A stretch of 64,000 nucleotides of DNA. Source: the human T2T-CHM13v2.0 reference genome, Homo sapiens. The stretch lies in assembly GCF_009914755.1 (NCBI RefSeq), contig NC_060948.1. One strand, written 5' to 3'. A model generated the notes under the pieces. It searched no databases and was not told the DNA's origin. It saw only the letters and a list, made by a program, of their open reading frames with translations. Of this stretch, positions 56,842 through 64,000 are shown piece after piece (within the stretch, counting starts at the first letter, position 1; each line of letters starts with the position of its first letter). A program made the translations under genes and the position numbers.

Positions 56842-59800
56842 ATGGAATCAAATCAATGGAATCCAATCAAATGGAATGGAGTAGATTGGATTGAATGGGA
56901 TTGGAATGAAATGTACTGGAAAGGACTCGAATTTCATGAAACGGAATGGAATGAATTGGAACGGAATGGACTCGAATGGAATGGAATGTCATAGAATGGC
57001 ATCAAATGGAATGGCATCAAATGGAATGGAATCGAATGCAATGGAATGCTATGGAATGGAATGGAATGCATTGGAATGGAATGTCCTCTAATGGAATGGA
57101 TTCGAGTGGAATGGAATCGAATATAATGGAGTCGAATGAAATGGAATTGAAAGGAATGGGATCGAATACAATGGAATATACTGGAATGTAATGTAATTAA
57201 CTGGAATGTAATTGAATGGAATGGAATGTACATGAATGGAATGTAATCGAATGGAAAGTAATCCAATGGAATAGAATCTAATGCAATAAAATCGACTCAG
57301 ATAGGGTAGAATGTAATGGAATGGAGTGCAGTGCAATGGAATGGAATGGAATGGAATGCAATGGAATGGAATGGAATGGAATGGAATGGAATGGAATGGG
57401 ATGGAATGGTATGGAATGGATAGTAATGGACTGGAGTGAAATGGACTGGAAAGGAATGGACTCAAATTGAAAGGGCTCGAAAGGAATGGAGTCAAATGGA
57501 ATGGTCTGGAATGGAATGAACACGAATGTAATGCAACCCAATAGAATGGAATCGAATGGCATGGAATATAAAGAAATGGAATCGAAGAGAATGGAAACAA
57601 ATGGAATGGAATTGAATGGAATGGAATTGAATGGAATGGGAACGAATGGAGTGAAATTGTATGCAGTAGAATGGAATAGAATGGAATGCAAGCGAAAGGA
57701 AAGGAATGGATTGGAATGGAATGGAATTCATTGGAATGGAAGGGAATGTAGTGTAATGGACAGGCCTGGAATAAAGTGGAATGCTACGGTCTCGAATGGA
57801 ATAAAAATGTATGGAATGGAATGCAATGAAACGGAATCGAATGTCATAGAATGTAATGGAATGCAAAAAAATGGAATCCAAAATCATTGACTGGAAAGGC
57901 TGGGTGTCGAAAGGAATTGACTCCAATGGAATGGAATCGAATGGAATGGAAGTGAATAGAATCGAACTAAATCGAATGGAATGGAATTGATAGGAACGGA
58001 ATGGAAAGGAATGCAATGATTTGGCATGGAATGGAATCGAATGGCATCGAATGGAATGGAATGGAATGCAATGGAATGGAATGTATTAGAATGTAATGAA
58101 CATTAATGGAAGGTACTCGAATGGATTCGACTGGAATGGAATGTTCTGGAAGTGAATGGACTCCAATGGAATGGATTCGAAAGGAATGGAATCGAACGGA
58201 ATGGATTCTAATGGAATGGAATTAAATGGAAATGAATCAAATTGAATAGCACGGAATTGAATTGAATGGAATCGAATGCAATGGAATCTAATGAAACGGA
58301 AAGGAAAGAATGGAATGGAATAGAATGGGCTGGAATGGAAAGGAATCGAAACGAATGGAATGGAATCGAACTGAAGAGACTGGAATGGAATGCACTGGAA
58401 TGGAAGGGAGTGTAATGGAAGGTTCTCGAAAAAAATGGAATCGAATGGAATGGAATTGAATGGAAAAGAATAGAGTCGAACGGAATTGAATGGAATGGAA
58501 TGGACTAGAGTGAAATGGAATCGAACCACAAGGAATGGACAGGAATAGAATGGTCTCGAATTGAATGGAATCGTATGGAATGGCATCAAACGGAATGGAA
58601 TGGACAGCCACGGAATGGAATGCACTCGAATGCAATGGAGTCGAAACTAATGGACTGGAATAGAATGGACTCGACTGGTACGGACTCCAATGGAATGGAA
58701 TCGAATGGAAGGGAATCGAACGGAAGGGAATCGGACGGAATGGACTCGAAGAGAAAAGACTGCAATGGAAAGGTCTCGAATGGAATGGAAATTAATGGAA
58801 TGGAATGGAATCGAATGAAATGGAGTCAAAAGGAATGGAATCGAATGGCAAGAAATCGAATGTAATGGAATCGCAAGGAATTGATGTGAACGGAACGGAA
58901 TGGAATGGAATCCAAAGGAATGGAATAGAATGGAATGGAATCGAATGGAAAGGACTCCAATGGAAATCACTCGAATAGAATGCAATTTAATAAAATAGGA
59001 TCAAATGTAATGGAATGGAATGGAAAGGAATCGAAACGAAAGGAATGGAGACAGATGGAATGGAATGGAACAGAGAGCAATGGTATAGAATGGAATGGAA
59101 TCATCTGGAATGGAATTGAATGGAATGGAATAATATGAAATGGAATGGAATGGAATGGAATGGAATGCCCTTGAATTAAATGGACTGGAATGGAATGGAC
59201 TCAAACAGAGTGGAATGGAAAGTGTTGAGATAGAATGGAATGAACTTCTTTGGAATGGTCTAGTAGGCAATGCAATCGATTGGCAGGGAATCAAAAGGAA
59301 TGTAATCGAATGGATTGGACTGGAATGCAATGGACTCGAATAGATTGGAAACGGAATGCAAAGGAATGGAATGGAATAGTATGGAATGGAATGGAAAGGA
59401 ATGGAGTGGAATAGACTAGAGTGGAATGGAATGGACTGGAAAGCAATGGACTGGAATGGAACTTTCTTGAATGGACTGGAATCAAACGGAATGGAATGCA
59501 ATGCAATCAAATGGCATGGAATAAAATAGAATGAAAGAGAATCAAATGGAATTGAATCGAATGGAATCGAATGGATTGGAAAGGAATAGAATGGAATGGA
59601 ATGGAATGGACTCAAATGGAATGGACTAGAATGGAATGGATTCGAATGGAAGGCAAAGGAATGGAATCTATTGGAATGGACTGTAATGGAATGGAATGGA
59701 AGGGATTGGAATGGACTCGAATGGAATGGACTGCAATAGAAAGGATTCGAATGGAATGAAAAAGAATTGAATGGAATAGAACAGAATGGAAACACATCGA

Positions 59801-60399
59801 ATGAAATGGAATGGAATAGAAAGGAATGGAATGAAATGGAATGGAAAGGATTCGAATGGAATGCAATCGAATGGAATGGAATCGAACGGAATGGAATAAA
59901 ATGGAAGAAAACTGGCAAGAAATGGAATCGAGATGAATGGAGTGTTATGGAACGGACTCAAAAGGAATTGAATGTAATAGAATGGAGTGGAGTGGACTCG
60001 AATATAATGGACTGGAATGGAATGAAATCACATGGAATGGGAACGAATGGAATGGAATGGAAAGGAATGGAATCGAATGGAAAGGAATCGAATGGAAGGG
60101 AATGAAATTGAATCAACAGGAATGGAAGGGAATAGAATAGACGGTAATGGAATGGACTCGAATAGAATGGACACGAATGCTCAAATTGAATGGACTCGAA
60201 TGGAATGGAAACGAAAGGAATGTCATCGAATGGAATTGAATCGATTGGAATGAAATCGCATAGAATGGAGTGGAATCAAATGGAATTGAATCGAAAGGAA
60301 AGGAAGCGAATGGACTGAAATGAAATGGAATGGAATTGAATGGAAAGTAATGCAATGGAATAGAATGGAACGAAATTTCACGGAATGGAATCAAACTGA
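56842..60399 (+). repeat. Unit 17 (3558 bp)
   Basis: 15-bp deletion near 56880; GCAACCCA near 57533; TGAACTTCTT at 59241. Confidence 0.86.
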
Positions 60400-63300
60400 A
60401 TGGAATCAAATCAATGGAATCAAATCAAATGGAATGGAAAGGAATTGAATGGAGTAGATTGGATTGGATGGGATTGGAATGAAATGTACTGGAAAGGACT
60501 CGAATTTCATGAAACGGAATGGAATGAATTGGAACGGAATGGACTCGAATGGAATGGAATGTCATGGAATGGCATCAAATGGAATGGCATCAAATGGAAT
60601 GGAATCGAATGCAATGGAATGCTATGGAATGGAATGGAATGCATTGGAATGGAATGTCCTCTAATGGAATGGATTCGAGTGGAATGGAATCGAATATAAT
60701 GGAGTCGAATGAAATGGAATTGAAAGGAATGGGATCGAATACAATGGAATATACTGGAATGTAATGTAATGAACTCGAATGTAATTGACTGGAATGGAAT
60801 GTAATCGAATGGAAAGTAATCCAATGGAATAGAATCTAATGCAATAAAATCGACTCAGATAGAGTAGAATGTAATGGAATGGAGTGCAGTGCAATGGAAT
60901 GGAATGGAATGGAATGCAATGGAATGGAATGGAATGGAATGGAATGGAATGGAATGGAATGGGATGGAATGGTATGGAATGGATAGTAATGGACTGGAAT
61001 GAAATGGACTGGAAAAAATGGACTCAAATTGAAAGGGCTCGAAAGGAATGGAGTCAAATGGAATGGTCTGGAAAGGAATGAACACGAATGTAATGCAATC
61101 CAATAGAATGGAATCAAATGGCATGGAATATAAAGAAATGGAATCGAAGAGAATGGAAACAAATGGAATGGAATTGAATGGAATGGAATTGAATGGAATG
61201 GGAACGAATGGAGTGAAATTGTATGTAGTAGAAGAGAATAGAATGGAATGCAAGCGAAAGGAAAGGAATGGATTGGAATGGAATGGAATTCATTGGAATG
61301 GAAGGGAATGTAGTGTAATGGACAGGCCTGGAATAAAGTGGAATGCTACGGTCTCGAATGGAATAAAAATGTATGGAATGGAATGCAATGAAACGGAATC
61401 GAATGTCATAGAATGTAATGGAATGCAAAAAAATGGAATCCAAAATCATTGACTGGAAAGGCTGGGTGTCGAAAGGAATTGACTCCAATGGAATGGAATC
61501 GAATGGAATGGAAGTGAATAGAATCGAACTAAATCGAATGGAATGGAATTGATAGGAACGGAATGGAAAGGAATGCAATGATTTGGCATGGAATGGAATC
61601 GAATGGCATCGAATGGAATGGAATGGAATGCAATGGAATGGAATGTATTAGAATGTAATGAACTTTAATGGAATGTACTCGAATGGATTCGACTGGAATG
61701 GAATGTTCTGGAAGTGAATGGACTCCAATGGAATGGATTCAAAAGGAATGGAATCGTACGGAATGGAATCTAATGGAATGGAATTAAATGGAAATGAATC
61801 AAATTGAATAGCACGGAATTGAATTGAATGGAAAGGAATGCAATGGAATCTAATGAAACGGAAAGGAAAGGAATGGAATGGAATGGAATGGACTGGAATG
61901 GAAAGGAATCGAAACGAATGGAATGGAATCGAACTGAAGAGACTGGAATGGAATGCACTGGAATGGAAGGGAGTGTAATGGAAGGTTCTCGAAAAAAATG
62001 GAATCGAATGGAATGGAATTGAATGGAACGGAATAGAGTCGAATGGAATTGAATGGAATGGAATGGACTAGAGTGAAATGGAATCGAACCACAAGGAATG
62101 GACAGGAATAGAATGGTCTCGAATTGAATGGAATCGTATGGAATGGCATCAAACGGAATGGAATGGACAGCCACGGAATGGAATGCACTCGAATGCAATG
62201 GAGTCGAAACTAATGGACTGGAATAGAATGGACTCGACTGGTACGGACTCCAATGGAATGGAATCGAATGGAAGGGAATCGAACGGAATGGAATCGAACG
62301 GAATGGACTCGAAGGGAAAAGACTGCAATGGAAAGGTCTCGAATGGAATGGAAATTAATGGAATGGAATGGAATCGAATGAAATGGAGTCAAAAGGAATG
62401 GAATCGAATGGCAAGAAATCGAATGTAATGGAATCGCCAGGAATTGATGTGAACGGAACGGAATGGAATGGAATCCAAAGGAATGGAATAGAATGGAATG
62501 GAATCGAATGGAAAGGACTCCAATGGAAATCACTCGAATAGAATGCAATTTAATAAAATAGGATCAAATGTAATGGAATGGAATGGAAAGGAATCGAAAC
62601 GAAAGGAATGGAGACAGATGGAATGGAATGGAACAGAGAGCAATGGTATAGAATGGAATGGAATCATCTGGAATGGAATTGAATGGAATGGAATAATATG
62701 AAATGGAATGGAATGGAATGGAATGGAATGCCCTTGAATTAAATGGACTGGAATGGAATGGACTCAAACAGAGTGGAATGGAAAGTGTTGAGATAGAATG
62801 GAATGAACTTCTTTGGAATGGTCTAGTAGGCAATGCAATCGACTGGCAGGGAATCAAAAGGAATGTAATCGAATAGATTGGACTGGAATGCAATGGACTC
62901 GAATAGATTGGAAACGGAATGCAAAGGAATGGAATGGAATAGTATGGAATGGAATGGAAAGGAATGGAGTGGAATAGACTAGAGTGGAATGGAATGGACT
63001 GGAAAGCAATGGACTGGAATGGAACTTTCTTGAATGGACTGGAATCAAACGGAATGGAATGCAATGCAATCAAATGGCATGGAATAAAATAGAATGAAAG
63101 AGAATCAAATGGAATTGAATCGAATGGAATCGAATGGATTGGAAAGGAATAGAATGGAATGGAATGGAATTGACTCAAATGGAATGGACTAGAATGGAAT
63201 GGATTCGAATGGAAGGCAAAGGAATGGAATCTATTGGAATGGACTGTAATGGAATGGAATGGAAGGGATTGGAATGGACTCGAATGGAATGGACTGCAAT

Positions 63301-63962
63301 AGAAAGGATTCGAATGGAATGAAAAAGAATTGAATGGAATAGAACAGAATGGAATCTAATCGAATGAAATGGAATGGAATAGAAAGGAATGGAATGAAAT
63401 GGAATGAAAAGGATTCGAATGGAATGCAATCGAATGGAATGGAATCGAACGGAATGGAATAAAATGGAAGAAAACTGGCAAGAAATGGAATCGAAATGAA
63501 TGGAGTGTTATGGAACGGACTCAAAAGGAATTGAATGTAATAGAATGGAGTGGAGTGGACTCGAATATAATGGACTGGAATGGAATGAAATCACATGGAA
63601 TGGGAACGAATGGAATGGAATGGAAAGGAATGGAATCGAATGGAAAGGAATCGAATGGAAGGGAATGAAATTGAATCAACAGGAATGGAAGGGAATAGAA
63701 TAGACGGTAATGGAATGGACTCGAATAGAATGGACACGAATGCTCAAATTGAATGGACTCGAATGGAATGGAAACGAAAGGAATGTCATCGAATGGAATT
63801 GAATCGATTGGAATGAAATCGCATAGAATGGAGTGGAATCAAATGGAATTGAATCGAAAGGAAAGGAAGCGAATGGACTGAAATGAAATGGAATGGAATT
63901 GAATGGAAAGTAATGCAATGGAATAGAATGGAACGAAATTTCACGGAATGGAATCAAACTGA
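60400..63962 (+). repeat. Unit 18 (3563 bp)
   Basis: 15-bp deletion near 60800; TGAACTTCTT near 62804; next anchor at 63963. Confidence 0.86.
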
Positions 63963-64000
63963 ATGGAATCAAATCAATGGAATCAAATCAAATGGAATGG

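Larger units (their letters stand above)
1..64000 (+). repeat. DYZ1: Human Satellite III (HSat3) array of DYZ1 type (Yq12 heterochromatin): degenerate (GGAAT)n in ~3.55 kb tandem units, all in the same orientation
   Basis: GGAAT and variant pentamers (CGAAT, TGAAT, GGACT, GCAAT) run throughout. Landmark motifs recur once per ~3.55 kb, e.g. GACAGGCCT, GGCTGGGTGTCG, GAACCACAAGG, TGCCCTTGAATT, GAAAACTGGCAAG. HaeIII GGCC occurs at 1102, 4641, 8190, 11744, 15293, 18842, 22381, 25935, 29460, 33014, 36523, 40057, 43605, 47129, 50702, 54221, 57763 and 61325. Units 1 and 3 are 3564 bp, the classical DYZ1 length. The satellite class is certain; the Y assignment rests on recognising unit length and restriction pattern, not on a search. 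Confidence 0.93.

Noticed and set aside
161-63972. Several hundred ORFs of 60-313 aa on both strands (MEWNG- and IPFHS-rich)
   Set aside because: Pure (GGAAT)n and (ATTCC)n have no stop codon in any frame and translate to these 5-aa repeats. The ORFs overlap in all frames, change length with 5- and 10-bp indels between units, and resemble no protein family.
1-64000. CRISPR-like repeat/spacer array
   Set aside because: There are no 23-50 bp constant repeats with unique spacers and no cas genes; the variable parts are degenerate pentamers repeated in every unit.
1-64000. HSat2, or an autosomal HSat3 subfamily with a ~1.8 kb unit
   Set aside because: The CATTCGATTC/GATGAT-rich HSat2 pattern is missing, and landmarks recur once per ~3.55 kb with no half-unit repeat.
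1-64000. Embedded Alu, L1, DYZ2 segment or strand inversion
   Set aside because: I saw no non-pentamer stretch longer than ~20 bp, no poly(A) tail with target-site duplication, and no switch to ATTCC on the + strand.

Overview
The entire 64 kb window is one uninterrupted, single-orientation array of human Satellite III, a degenerate (GGAAT)n repeat with the purine-rich strand on +. It is organised as 18 head-to-tail units of 3498-3594 bp. Two units are exactly 3564 bp, and every unit has an EcoRI site about 40 bp upstream of a HaeIII/StuI site. This matches DYZ1, the HSat3 repeat of the human Yq12 heterochromatin. I found no protein-coding gene, RNA gene, transposon, DYZ2 segment, inversion or CRISPR array. 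All ORFs in the track are MEWNG / IPFHS translations of the pentamer. I see no evidence for a new gene system. The information lies in the array's internal history, read by eye from diagnostic variants: (1) a ~7.1 kb dimeric higher-order repeat in ~2.75 copies at ~2.3-21.9 kb, marked by XhoI sites; (2) a six-unit subfamily block at ~22-42 kb, marked by SalI sites, which contains a private 20-bp duplication and a near-identical 3509-bp unit pair; (3) a highly diverged unit copied 7097 bp away with a different unit in between; (4) a mosaic terminal trio. There are also four fixed pentamer-phase breaks per unit, a strong bias to 15-bp indels, and one hypervariable pure (GGAAT)n tract per unit. 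Breakpoints are approximate, and no alignment or database search was run.
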